DNA of 64,000 bases from Verrucomicrobiota bacterium. GTDB lineage: Bacteria > Verrucomicrobiota > Verrucomicrobiia > Limisphaerales > AAA164-E04. Position numbers and translations under genes: made by a program. The notes under the pieces are model-generated. The model saw nothing but the letters and a program-made list of their open reading frames with translations. It did no database searches and was not told where the DNA came from. Shown here piece after piece: positions 19,215 through 28,676 of this stretch. Each line of letters opens with the position of its first letter. The stretch's first letter is position 1. Location: NCBI GenBank assembly GCA_047947115.1, contig CP170459.1, positions 1,216,001-1,280,000 on the forward strand. Direction: 5' to 3'.

Positions 19215-20468
19215 TCAGTTCTTGAATTTATACAGTTGAGAGATGGTTCTCACATACATTGCTTCCGAATCGAAGGCAGGTGTGGTGTGAGTGGTTGCCT
19301 CGAGTTCGATTCTGTTGAGAATTTTGAATTCCTTGTCTGCGGGTATCACAACGAGTTCGCCAGTCGTCGAGAGGCAGGCTACCTCGTTGCCAACCGCAAC
19401 CGGTGATCCGAAATAGCGGCTGCGGACTCGGTTTTGGTAATGCACTTGCCCGGATGCAGGGTCGACGCAGGAGACGAAGCCTGTGTCACTCCAGAAAAAA
19501 GCCAGATCTCCCACCGCAATGGGGGTGGGCACGTAGTTGGCTTGTCGACGCAGTTCGTAGGCCATTTTGGGTTCGGAGGATGTCGTGCCGGATGGCGGTT
19601 CGATGGCGACCACGAAATTGCCGCCTCCACCACTACCGCAGGAACCAAAGATTTTGCCTCCCGCCACGATTGGCGAGCTGCAGCTTCGTTTGTCAAAGGC
19701 CTTGCCGTAGGTCCACAAGACCGATCCTGTGTCTGGATTTAGTGCGCTGATGCCTTCTGCTTCGCTGTTACAGATCAGTTGGTCATGGCCGGTTGAATCC
19801 GTATAGATGCAGGGAGTGGAGTAGGCAGCTTTGCCGCTTTTGCGGTTCTGGGTCCAGACACGGCTGCCGCTTGCGATGTCCAAAGCCGTCATGAAACTTG
19901 CTCCCATTTGGTCGTTGGCGACGATCAGTTTGTTTTTGTAAAGGATGGGTGACACGCCGACGCCGTGCTGGCTTTTGAAGGGACCGAGATCTTCTTTCCA
20001 CAACCATTCGCCAGCGTGGTCCAATGCTGCTGCGTAGAAATGATCGGGGGTGGCCCAAAGCACATATACACGGTCGGCATCCAAGGTGACGCTGGGAGAG
20101 GCGAAGCTGTTGAAATCGTGTTTCTTGAAGGTTTCATAGTCAATATCCCGCGTCCACAGGATGTTGCCGTTGGCAGCATTGATCGCAAGGATATGGAATA
20201 CGCCGGTGTCTTTGCTCATGCTGGTCAGGAAGATGGTGTCATCCCAGAGGACGGGAGAAGAGTGTCCTTCACCGGGGAGGTCGATTTTCCATACGGTATC
20301 TTTCAGGGTAAGCTGACTTAATTTGACGGATGTTTCAGCGATGCCATTGCCGTTAGGGCCTCTGAACCGGTTCCATGAACTGGCAGCCTGGTTTTTCGGA
20401 GCTTGCCACAAACAGACTGTGCAAAGGCACGCGAGCGCGATCGTTTGAATATGGGAGATCAGCTTCAT
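19215..20468 (-). CDS. PQQ-binding-like beta-propeller repeat protein
   Basis: Signal peptide; WNRFRGPNGNG, GHSSPV, repeated A.D..G..LW blades. Confidence 0.85.
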   Translation of the reverse strand: MKLISHIQTIALACLCTVCLWQAPKNQAASSWNRFRGPNGNGIAETSVKLSQLTLKDTVWKIDLPGEGHSSPVLWDDTIFLTSMSKDTGVFHILAINAANGNILWTRDIDYETFKKHDFNSFASPSVTLDADRVYVLWATPDHFYAAALDHAGEWLWKEDLGPFKSQHGVGVSPILYKNKLIVANDQMGASFMTALDIASGSRVWTQNRKSGKAAYSTPCIYTDSTGHDQLICNSEAEGISALNPDTGSVLWTYGKAFDKRSCSSPIVAGGKIFGSCGSGGGGNFVVAIEPPSGTTSSEPKMAYELRRQANYVPTPIAVGDLAFFWSDTGFVSCVDPASGQVHYQNRVRSRYFGSPVAVGNEVACLSTTGELVVIPADKEFKILNRIELEATTHTTPAFDSEAMYVRTISQLYKFKN

Positions 20469-20706
20469 GGCACAACATAGTCACTTCCCTACTTTGGAAA
20501 TCAAGGCAAAACCGCCATTCATGTTTACGAACGGCGGCGTGCAAATTTTTAGAAAATGGAGAGGCAAGCGCCGTCTTGAACCCACTTCAAACCTTGGTGC
20601 ATTCAAACTCTTATCAAGCTGCAATAGAAGTGCTGTGGCAATTCGAATACCTCGGGCTACCCACGTTCCGCCTCTGTTGTTCAGGCAGGATATGAGGAAA
20701 AAGTAT

Positions 20707-20732
20707 GGGCACGAGGTGGAACTCGTCCCTCC
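20707..20732. repeat. REP-like palindrome
   Basis: GGGCACGAGGTGGAACTCGTCCCTCC hairpin with CCCTCC tail, analogous to the CCCTACC REPs. Confidence 0.45.
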
Positions 20733-20775
20733 TGCTTATTCATTGAAACGTGGTTTCACCTCTATTTTCCTTTGA

Positions 20776-21063
20776 TTATTTTTGATCCAATCGTTGCAGG
20801 TCGACGATGGTGGCGCCCCATCCGCCGTTCCACTCGGGGGCTCCTCTGTAGCCGGTGACGTAATGCAGTTTGTCCAGGACGGCATGCACCCCTTTGCGCA
20901 GGGCTCCGGTGCCTTTGCCGTGGATGACCCGGACGCTCAGGATGCCTCGTTCGCGGCAGGCTTCCAGATAGTCGGGAACCAGGTCACCGATTTCGTTGGG
21001 GCGAAAGGTGTGGAGGTCGAGTTCACCGTTGATGGGGATTTCGATGGGATCTTCCGGTTCCAT
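20776..21063 (-). CDS. Smr/MutS2 C-terminal domain protein
   Basis: LDLHTF, VIHGKGTGALR, GGWGATIV. Confidence 0.92.
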   Translation of the reverse strand: MEPEDPIEIPINGELDLHTFRPNEIGDLVPDYLEACRERGILSVRVIHGKGTGALRKGVHAVLDKLHYVTGYRGAPEWNGGWGATIVDLQRLDQK

Positions 21064-21066
21064 GGT

Positions 21067-23157
21067 TCACAGGTTATCCAGCAGCCAGGCGCGCCGGTGT
21101 CGCACCTGGTTTCGAAAGGTTTCGATGTCGTGTTCCAGTTGATCGGTCGCCCGGGAGCTGTTGGCTGTTTTGAAGGCCACCTCTGGTTTTAATCGTTCTT
21201 CCAGCGCATCGATCACCGGAAACATTTTTTCCGGGGTGAAGGTATGGTCCAGGAGTTCTTTCAACTTCTTGAGGAACAATTGACGAAAACCGGGATTCGC
21301 CAGCAACGGTCCCGAGAGATGCCCGGGGGGACGCCACCAGCCTTGCCCCCCAAATGGACCATAGCTTCTGCGAAATAGACCGCCACCAGGCCGGTCACCT
21401 TCCATGCCGAAACTCAACGGCATTTTGTACCAATCATAATCGTTGGAAGCGCCGTCGTAATCTCCCCAGGTTTTGTCCATGTCCCATGGATACATTTCCC
21501 ATTTTCCGGTGTTGCCGGTGTCATGATAAACAAAGTAGTTGTTGAAAAAACCGTCCCAGTTGGAAATGCATTGGCTCACCGCATAATAAGCAGCGAATTC
21601 CTCCACGTTGAAGTGCTGTTGGATGTAGCGCCATTCCTGATCCCCGTTCAATCGCCCCAACGCCTGGGACAATTTGATGATGTCGTCATGACCTGTGTCG
21701 AGGTTGGTTTTTTTTTCGTGTTGCTGGATGAAGTTTCTTCCATACCAAAGCAGCTTGTAAAGATTGCCCTCGTCGTTGCGTTCATTGTTCCTCAGAAAGG
21801 CTTTGTTGACCTGCTCCACCATGAGTTGGTAGCCCATCCATCGACCGTCCATGCGTAGCCGGTAATGACCGGATCGGGGGGCGGGGACACCTGCCATGCG
21901 GTAAAGTTCGAAGCTGAGGTATTCGGAAAGTGCAAACCTCGGCTTGCCTTCATCGAGCAAATTGATGGTGGTCATTTCCTGAAACGGTTCGCGGCTTTGA
22001 AATCGTATTTTGAAACCACCGCTTCTTCGACTGACACGCACGAAGTCCCGGACCTCGGGAAATTCGCTCCCGACCGGAAAGAACACAAACGTGCTGTTGC
22101 CGCGTGAAGGCTCGGGAACGATGGCACTGGCACGGATGTCGTATTTGCGTTTGGCTTGTTCGGTGCCCGACGGGTTCATGATCATCACATGGGGAATCAG
22201 GCTGTCTGCATGATAATCACTGACGTAAAATGAAAATGCCGGTTTGAGCGATTCCGGTGCCGGATATATGGTCACCGCGTTCTGGGAGTTTTTGACATGG
22301 ATGCGGTATCGGATGAGTTGGTCGGTTTTAAATCCGTTCAGGGTCGACTGATAGATCCCGTTCAATTCATCACCCTCCATGGCGTTCATCGGGACGACCT
22401 GCTCGGGGTTCAAGTTGGATGCGTCCAACACTTGAAACACCAGGGAAACACTTTCGACACCGTTGTCATCATGAATGGCAGCCTTGACTTGGATGGCCTG
22501 GCCGGTGACGGGATGTTCCGGTTCGTGAACGACCTGATCGACTTCCGCAGGCAGGGAGGGCTGGAGTCGATCATTGGGGCGACCCGGCGTTCCGGTGGCT
22601 GTTGTGAGGTCGGGCAGATTGGATGCGGCCCAGTTTCGGTGACCTTCCACAGTCAGTTTGGGCTGGATACGTTCCAAGGACGCCCCGTATCCATCCGGAC
22701 TTTTTGGCCAGGGGGCTTTGTCGGAATATTTGAGTTCGTCGATCACCTGTCCGGCATCGTTGACCAAAGTGATGCGTTCTCCATTGTGTGAGAGTTGCTT
22801 CCCGAATGGTCCCATGGCGGGCAGGTTGTAGTGCCGGGTGAAGGCGGGAACGGATGCCGCGATGACCAGGAAGGATTTGGGTTGGATGTGACTTCCCTTT
22901 GGAAAGGTATAATCGATTCCTCCTTTCAAACGCCATCCTTCCAAATCCAGAGCTTCGTCCTCCAGCGTGCTCATCAACTCCACGTATTGGAGGTCATCCC
23001 GGGCGAGTGGGGGATGGTACATCACCTCATTGATCACCACGTTTTGCCCGAGAGATTGCCTTTCGCCAACGAACACCAGACAAACGATCAAAATGAGCAA
23101 ACCGTTGACATTTGAAATAAAAGGTATCGGATGCTTGGCGGGATCAATGGGTTGCAT
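21067..23157 (-). CDS. CotH kinase family protein with N-terminal lamin-tail domain
   Basis: VVINEVMYHP/YVEL (LTD), GNLYK, NWDGFFNNYFVY, PWDMDKTWG. Confidence 0.85.
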   Translation of the reverse strand: MQPIDPAKHPIPFISNVNGLLILIVCLVFVGERQSLGQNVVINEVMYHPPLARDDLQYVELMSTLEDEALDLEGWRLKGGIDYTFPKGSHIQPKSFLVIAASVPAFTRHYNLPAMGPFGKQLSHNGERITLVNDAGQVIDELKYSDKAPWPKSPDGYGASLERIQPKLTVEGHRNWAASNLPDLTTATGTPGRPNDRLQPSLPAEVDQVVHEPEHPVTGQAIQVKAAIHDDNGVESVSLVFQVLDASNLNPEQVVPMNAMEGDELNGIYQSTLNGFKTDQLIRYRIHVKNSQNAVTIYPAPESLKPAFSFYVSDYHADSLIPHVMIMNPSGTEQAKRKYDIRASAIVPEPSRGNSTFVFFPVGSEFPEVRDFVRVSRRSGGFKIRFQSREPFQEMTTINLLDEGKPRFALSEYLSFELYRMAGVPAPRSGHYRLRMDGRWMGYQLMVEQVNKAFLRNNERNDEGNLYKLLWYGRNFIQQHEKKTNLDTGHDDIIKLSQALGRLNGDQEWRYIQQHFNVEEFAAYYAVSQCISNWDGFFNNYFVYHDTGNTGKWEMYPWDMDKTWGDYDGASNDYDWYKMPLSFGMEGDRPGGGLFRRSYGPFGGQGWWRPPGHLSGPLLANPGFRQLFLKKLKELLDHTFTPEKMFPVIDALEERLKPEVAFKTANSSRATDQLEHDIETFRNQVRHRRAWLLDNL

Positions 23158-23188
23158 AAAAAAAATATCAGCAAAAAAGAGGTGGAAA

Positions 23189-23887
23189 TCAAGGTTGGTT
23201 TCCTTCGGGCAACGGTTCGTTGCGCCAGAAATCCATCACTGCCCACAAATTGACGGGTGCGACGGATTCGCCTTTCTTGAGCATGCGCACGCTCCCGTCG
23301 GCAAATGCATAGTTGGAACCTCCCGAATTCCGGTTGCCGCCTGTGCGGTGGCGGTATTGTTCGACTTCTTCGATATCGTTGCCTCTTCCTTGATAAAAAT
23401 CCATGTGCACATGCGGGGAGTCACTCGCTTTTTCCCCAAAAATGATGGTTACCGAAGGATGTGGAATAGCGGTCATTTTCATGCCATGAGGCCAGAGACC
23501 ATTGGTGAAATTCATGAAGTTTTCCTTGTTCAGAGTCATGCGGAAATAGTCATTCCAGCCGTTGATCAGGTAGCTGCGATCCGACATGAACTTGTCGGCT
23601 GGGCATTCCAATAGTTTGCGATCAATGTAGTAAGGTTGGAGTTTAAACATCCAGTTGCTCTGAAAAATCCGGGTGACAGGCGGGCATTCATTGTCGAAGT
23701 CGTCCGCATACATGGTCAGGGCCATGGCGAGTTGACGCATATGATTGACGCATTTAATGCGATTGGCTTTCTGTTTGGCGGAAGATAGAGCGGGCATGAG
23801 GAGTCCGGCCAGGATGCCGGTGATGGCGACCACCACCATGAGTTCAATCAGAGTAAAACCAAGCCGTTTGGATGTTGGGGCATGCAT
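23189..23887 (-). CDS. Prepilin-type N-methylation domain protein with H-X9-DG-like C-terminus
   Basis: GFTLIELMVVVAI..LMPALSSAK..C..HMRQL; RH..SNYAFADGSV; start probably MHAPTSK. Confidence 0.9.
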   Translation of the reverse strand: MHAPTSKRLGFTLIELMVVVAITGILAGLLMPALSSAKQKANRIKCVNHMRQLAMALTMYADDFDNECPPVTRIFQSNWMFKLQPYYIDRKLLECPADKFMSDRSYLINGWNDYFRMTLNKENFMNFTNGLWPHGMKMTAIPHPSVTIIFGEKASDSPHVHMDFYQGRGNDIEEVEQYRHRTGGNRNSGGSNYAFADGSVRMLKKGESVAPVNLWAVMDFWRNEPLPEGNQP

Positions 23888-24079
23888 GATGAAATCTTCT
23901 CTTAGAGTCATACACCATCGGCTGTGTTCGGTTTCATTTTTCACAACTTGTCCATGAGGCCACCTTTCTTGCTGCAAATGAGGACAATATCAGGCATTCA
24001 ATACTTTTCGATTGCTTTGTCTTTCCTGCGAAACCCATATTGGTTCTCGATACGGGGCGTAATTCAAAGAAGAAGCATC

Positions 24080-24430
24080 ATGTTCATTCTATTTGCTCAA
24101 GCAGCTTCAGTGACTGGCGACGGATCATTCAGCGACCTGTTGTTCTATCAATTAACCGGTTTTATCATCGTTCTTTCCGTGCTGTGCTCGCTTTGGCTGG
24201 CGGTGTTCGTCATGGGGAAACTGTTCCGGATCCTCAATTTGAAAGATCCTGTACCTGAAAACTCTCCAAAGCCATCTGTTGCTTCAAAAGCCCCCTCAGT
24301 GTCCCCTGCATCAACCATGCAAGTGACGCCTGAATTGATGGCTGTCGTTGGTGCCGCTCTACATACGGTCATTCAGGGGCCATTCAAAATTGTTTCGGTT
24401 GAGGAATCCAAAACCCCACCCAAGTGCTAA
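24080..24430 (+). CDS. OadG-family decarboxylase gamma/delta subunit
   Basis: Single TM (GFIIVLSVLCSLWLAV), Pro/Ala linker, ELMAVVGAAL; adjacent to oadB. Confidence 0.7.
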   Translation: MFILFAQAASVTGDGSFSDLLFYQLTGFIIVLSVLCSLWLAVFVMGKLFRILNLKDPVPENSPKPSVASKAPSVSPASTMQVTPELMAVVGAALHTVIQGPFKIVSVEESKTPPKC

Positions 24431-24472
24431 CCTTATCATTTGTCAAACACCGCATTTCAAACCTTCCAGCAT

Positions 24473-24826
24473 ATGAAGAAATTAAGAGTCACCGTCGAGG
24501 GAAAATCATATGACGTTACCGTGGAGTTGTTGGGGGATGCTGAGGCTGTCCCCGCATCCGGGGCTTCCACAGCTCCTGCTCCTTCCGCCCCCGTTCCGGT
24601 TGCCGGCGTTGGTGAGGATGTGCCAAGCCCGTTGGCTGGCAAGGTAGTCAGCATCGGGGTCCAGATCGGGCAGCAGGTGAAGGAAGGAGACGAACTCATG
24701 GTGCTGGAAGCCATGAAGATGAACACCCACGTTTACTCACCCGGCTCAGGCACACTCACCGGTATTCTGGTTCAGCCGGGAGATAACGTTGAAGAAGGCC
24801 AGTCTCTCGCCACATTGGAGTGTTGA
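24473..24826 (+). CDS. Biotin carboxyl carrier protein
   Basis: MKKLRVTVEGKSYDV, VPSPLAGKV, LEAMKM biotinylation motif. Confidence 0.9.
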   Translation: MKKLRVTVEGKSYDVTVELLGDAEAVPASGASTAPAPSAPVPVAGVGEDVPSPLAGKVVSIGVQIGQQVKEGDELMVLEAMKMNTHVYSPGSGTLTGILVQPGDNVEEGQSLATLEC

Positions 24827-24870
24827 TTGATCTGCGATGAAACAATTTTTATGACAGAATACATGTCGTT

Positions 24871-26100
24871 ATGATAGAAAGTATTACGAGTTTTTTGCAG
24901 CTTACGGGTTTCAGCTTGATTTCCTGGCAGATGATGGTGATGTGGGCTGTGGTGCTGGTGTTGTTTTATTTCGCGATCTATAAGAAATTCGAACCCTTGT
25001 TGTTGGTTCCCATTGCTTTCGGTGCCTTGGTGGCGAATTTACCCACCCGGGGGATCATCAGCTTTCAACAACAGGCTGATGGTTCTATTCAATCCGGAGC
25101 CATTCACATGGAAGCCACCGTCGAAACTGTTGAAGGGGGGGCGGGTGTCAGTAAATATCATATACATAAAATTGAAGGCGGCCTTTTCGATCTGATCACC
25201 CAGGGGGTCAAGCTGGAGTTATTCCCCCCATTGATCTTTCTTGGAGTGGGGGCCCTGACAGATTTCGGCCCTCTGATTGCCAATCCGCGTACCTTGCTCC
25301 TGGGGGCAGCAGCTCAATTGGGGGTCTTTTTTACCTTTCTGGGGGCCTCTTTTCTGGGGTTCAGTACGCTCCAGTCTGCATCCATTGGAATCATTGGCGG
25401 TGCAGACGGTCCGACCGCCATTTTTACCAGCAACAAGCTGGCGCCTGAGTTGTTGGGACCCATCGCCGTGGCTGCCTACAGTTACATGGCGTTGGTGCCC
25501 TTGATACAACCGCCGATCATGAAACTCCTGACGACGGCGAATGAACGAAAAATACGCATGAAATCTCTGAGGAAAGTCTCTCGTTTGGAAAAAATCGCCT
25601 TTTCCATCGTTGTGACCATTGTTTGTGTCATGCTTGTTCCGGATGCGTCACCGCTGATTGTGATGTTGATGCTCGGTAATTTTATCCGCGAATGCGGAGT
25701 GACGGATCGACTTCTCAAAGCCGCTCAAAATGAAATCATCAACATCGTTACCATTTTCCTCGGTGTCAGCGTGGGTATTACGATGAGGGGTGAGCAATTC
25801 CTTCAATGGGAAACCATCAAGATCATTGTTCTGGGTGTGATTGCTTTTTCCATCTCCACCGCCGGGGGGGTCCTGATGGCCAAGGTGATGAATCTTTTCA
25901 GCAGGGCTAACCCCATTAATCCGTTGATTGGATCAGCTGGGGTATCGGCCGTGCCAATGGCGGCTCGTGTTTCGCATGTGGAAGGACAGAAATATGACCC
26001 GGGCAACTACCTTTTGATGCACGCCATGGGGCCCAATGTGGCTGGGGTGATCGGATCGGCTGTCGTGGCCGGTTATTTCATATCCACTCTGGCCAACTGA
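24871..26100 (+). CDS. oadB: Sodium-translocating decarboxylase beta subunit
   Basis: FEPLLLVPI, SIGIIGGADGPTAIF, VAAYSYMALVP, HAMGPNVAGVIGSA. Confidence 0.93.
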   Translation: MIESITSFLQLTGFSLISWQMMVMWAVVLVLFYFAIYKKFEPLLLVPIAFGALVANLPTRGIISFQQQADGSIQSGAIHMEATVETVEGGAGVSKYHIHKIEGGLFDLITQGVKLELFPPLIFLGVGALTDFGPLIANPRTLLLGAAAQLGVFFTFLGASFLGFSTLQSASIGIIGGADGPTAIFTSNKLAPELLGPIAVAAYSYMALVPLIQPPIMKLLTTANERKIRMKSLRKVSRLEKIAFSIVVTIVCVMLVPDASPLIVMLMLGNFIRECGVTDRLLKAAQNEIINIVTIFLGVSVGITMRGEQFLQWETIKIIVLGVIAFSISTAGGVLMAKVMNLFSRANPINPLIGSAGVSAVPMAARVSHVEGQKYDPGNYLLMHAMGPNVAGVIGSAVVAGYFISTLAN

Positions 26101-26154
26101 TGCCCGGGTGAGTTTTTGGAATAAGCCATTCCAATTTGGATGGATAGTTGAAAT

Positions 26155-26257
26155 GGTAGGGAACCGCTGCCGCGGGTCCATGAGCGCGTTGTGGGGTTCG
26201 AAGGATTTGAAGCGATGAACAGACACAGTAGCGGACGCGCAGCAGCGCATCCCTACC
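26155..26257. repeat. Inverted REP doublet (GGTAG family)
   Basis: GGTAGGGAACCGCTGCCGCGGGTCC (26155-26179) facing GGACGCGCAGCAGCGCATCCCTACC (26233-26257); same family as 17790-17814. Confidence 0.75.
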
Positions 26258-26291
26258 ATACATAAAGCCTTCGTGGTGAAAATATATCGTC

Positions 26292-26582
26292 CTACTCCTT
26301 GCCATCCCGCACGCGTTCTTTCTTTTCGTCCCGCTCGGATTCAAGCGCCTTGCGTTCGGTCGCAATCTGGCGATTCAGTGATTCGTAGGCGTGCATGTCG
26401 CCGGCCTGAAGTGCCTTATTCACTTCGCCCTTGAGGAAAATTTCTTTCTCCGCGATTTTGGCTGCATACTTGGAGTCCAGTTCGCCGAGTTTGGCCTTTT
26501 GCTCTTCGGTTAACTGGGTGATCGGGTTTTCCTTGTTCAACCGCTCCATGGCTAGTTCGTATGCTGATTTCATGGAGAGCAT
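26292..26582 (-). CDS. Small coiled-coil hypothetical protein
   Basis: MKSAYELAMERL N-terminus; helical and charged; fills the gap between genes. Confidence 0.7.
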   Translation of the reverse strand: MLSMKSAYELAMERLNKENPITQLTEEQKAKLGELDSKYAAKIAEKEIFLKGEVNKALQAGDMHAYESLNRQIATERKALESERDEKKERVRDGKE

Positions 26583-26656
26583 TTCGTAGCCAAAGCGACA
26601 TCAAAAACAAGCGAATTATTTCAATTCCATCAAATGGGTGATGGAAGCACAAAAAG

Positions 26657-26693
26657 AAAAAAGCCGCTCCAAGCGATCCGGAGCGGCTTTTTT
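26657..26693. terminator. Rho-independent terminator downstream of xylA
   Basis: AAAAAAGCCGCTCC..GGAGCGGCTTTTTT. Confidence 0.85.
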
Positions 26694-26719
26694 GGAAAGA
26701 AATGATCGAATAAGCAGTA

Positions 26720-28045
26720 TCAGATGAATTCGTTGATCAAATTCTCGAGGTATTCCTGACGGCCACTTTCATTTTTGGCAATGCGACTCTTCTTGAGGAT
26801 GTATTTTTCCAGATCCTTGAAACTGGATTTGCCGGCTTCGATGGTTGCGCCGATGCCGGAATCCCATGAGCTGTAGCGATTCTCCACAAAATCATTTAAA
26901 CGACCGTCGGCCCGGATGGCCGCGGCAATCTTCAAGCCGCGGGCAAAGGCATCCATGCCGCCGATGTGGGCATGAAAGAGATCGACCGGTTCGAAGCTTT
27001 CACGACGAACTTTGGCGTCAAAATTCACACCACCAGGAGCCAGTCCGCCATTATTCAGGATGGAGAGCATGCATTGGGTGGTCAGGTAGATGTCGGTCGG
27101 GAATTGATCCGTATCCCAACCCAGCATGACGTCACCGGTGTTGGCGTCGATGCTTCCCAGAGCACCTGATGCCACTGCGACTTCCATTTCATGCTGCATG
27201 GTGTGTCCGGCCAAGGTGGCATGATTGGTTTCAAGATTTAACTTAAAGTGATCCAACAGGTTGTACTGACGCAGGAAATTCAGACACGCTGCGGCGTCCG
27301 AATCATACTGATGCTTGGTGGGTTCTTTTGGTTTGGGTTCGATATAGAACTGCCCCTTGAATCCTATCTTCTTTTTATGGTCGACCGCCATTTGGAGGAA
27401 TGCGGCCAGGTGGTCCATTTCACGCTTCAGGTTGGTATTCCAGAGAGTGGAATAACCCTCGCGACCGCCCCAGAAAGTATAACCTTCACCGCCAAGGCTT
27501 TTGGTGACTTCGATTGCTTTCTTTACCTGAGCGGCTGCGTAGGCAAACACATCGGCATTACAGCTCGTGGCAGCGCCGTGCATATAACGTGGATGAGCGA
27601 AAAGGCAGGCGGTGCCCCAGAGTAGTTTGATACCCGTGCGTTGTTGTTCTTCTTTGAGAACGGCTGCAACGGCGTCCAGGTTCTTATTGCTGGCCTTCAG
27701 GTTGTTGCCTTCGGGGGCGACGTCACGGTCATGGAAAGCGTAATAGGGTGCGCCAAGTTTTTCCATGAACTCAAACGCCACGCGTGCCCGGTTTTGTGCG
27801 TTGCTGACGGAATCTGTTCCATCATCCCAGGGGCGCAGTGCGGTCCCAACGCCGAATGGATCAGCTAAAGGGTTGCGAAAAGTATGCCAATAGACGACGG
27901 AGAAGCGCAGGTGGTCCTTCATGGACTTGCCTTCGATGATTTCGTCTTCGTTGTAGTGTTTAAAGGCTAACGGATTTTTGGATTCCGGACCTTCATAGCG
28001 GATTTTTTTGATTTTAGGAAATGCTTCCTTCGCTTTTTTAGGCAT
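26720..28045 (-). CDS. xylA: Xylose isomerase (class II)
   Basis: [48 protein letters not shown]. Confidence 0.97.
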   Translation of the reverse strand: MPKKAKEAFPKIKKIRYEGPESKNPLAFKHYNEDEIIEGKSMKDHLRFSVVYWHTFRNPLADPFGVGTALRPWDDGTDSVSNAQNRARVAFEFMEKLGAPYYAFHDRDVAPEGNNLKASNKNLDAVAAVLKEEQQRTGIKLLWGTACLFAHPRYMHGAATSCNADVFAYAAAQVKKAIEVTKSLGGEGYTFWGGREGYSTLWNTNLKREMDHLAAFLQMAVDHKKKIGFKGQFYIEPKPKEPTKHQYDSDAAACLNFLRQYNLLDHFKLNLETNHATLAGHTMQHEMEVAVASGALGSIDANTGDVMLGWDTDQFPTDIYLTTQCMLSILNNGGLAPGGVNFDAKVRRESFEPVDLFHAHIGGMDAFARGLKIAAAIRADGRLNDFVENRYSSWDSGIGATIEAGKSSFKDLEKYILKKSRIAKNESGRQEYLENLINEFI

Positions 28046-28279
28046 ACGATCTTATTGGTTATGAAGTGATTACGTTTAATCACTAACGCTTTGATTCAAG
28101 CAGTGAAAGCACGCAATGATACCGATTTCGATTTTTTGTCAAGGATTAACTTAGGGTGAGGAGGGGTGAGTGGCAGCTGTTTTTGTGTAAAAAGTTAGGA
28201 CTGACCCCCAATTGTTTGAACGTTTCTGCACGTTTCTCTTGCCAAACGATGGTCTCTTAATAGAGTATCCGGCTCATTT

Positions 28280-28645
28280 GTGACGATTTTGATGAGTTTC
28301 TTGGATACTATGACATGGTTGGTGGCGGCTCAGACCGCGACGGGAACTGGACAGCAGGCAGGGCCATCGGGCCCCGTCTGGGTGCAGTTTGTTCCCTTCA
28401 TCTTTTTATTTCTGATCATGTATGTGCTGCTGATCCGTCCGCAGCAGAAGAAGGCCCGTGAGCATGACGAGCTTTTGAAACAGCTCAAAATTGGCGACAA
28501 GGTGGCGACCAACAGTGGCATCATTGGTGTCATCGTTGGGATGAAAGACAACAAGGTCTCCGTTCGGTCGGCGGATACGAAGCTTGAAATGCTCAAGGGA
28601 GCCATCAGTGAGGTTTTGGCGGAAAAATCGAATTCAGATACTTAA
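28280..28645 (+). CDS. yajC: Preprotein translocase subunit YajC
   Basis: TM followed by LIRPQQKK..LKIGDKV.T.SGIIG; upstream of secDF. Confidence 0.93.
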   Translation: MTILMSFLDTMTWLVAAQTATGTGQQAGPSGPVWVQFVPFIFLFLIMYVLLIRPQQKKAREHDELLKQLKIGDKVATNSGIIGVIVGMKDNKVSVRSADTKLEMLKGAISEVLAEKSNSDT

Positions 28646-28676
28646 AGAAGAAACACTTCTCGATACTTTAAACTAA

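Noticed and set aside
23924..24079. Extended N-terminus of the oadG-like ORF
   Set aside because: Runs into the divergent promoter region; ATG at 24080 fits the family length
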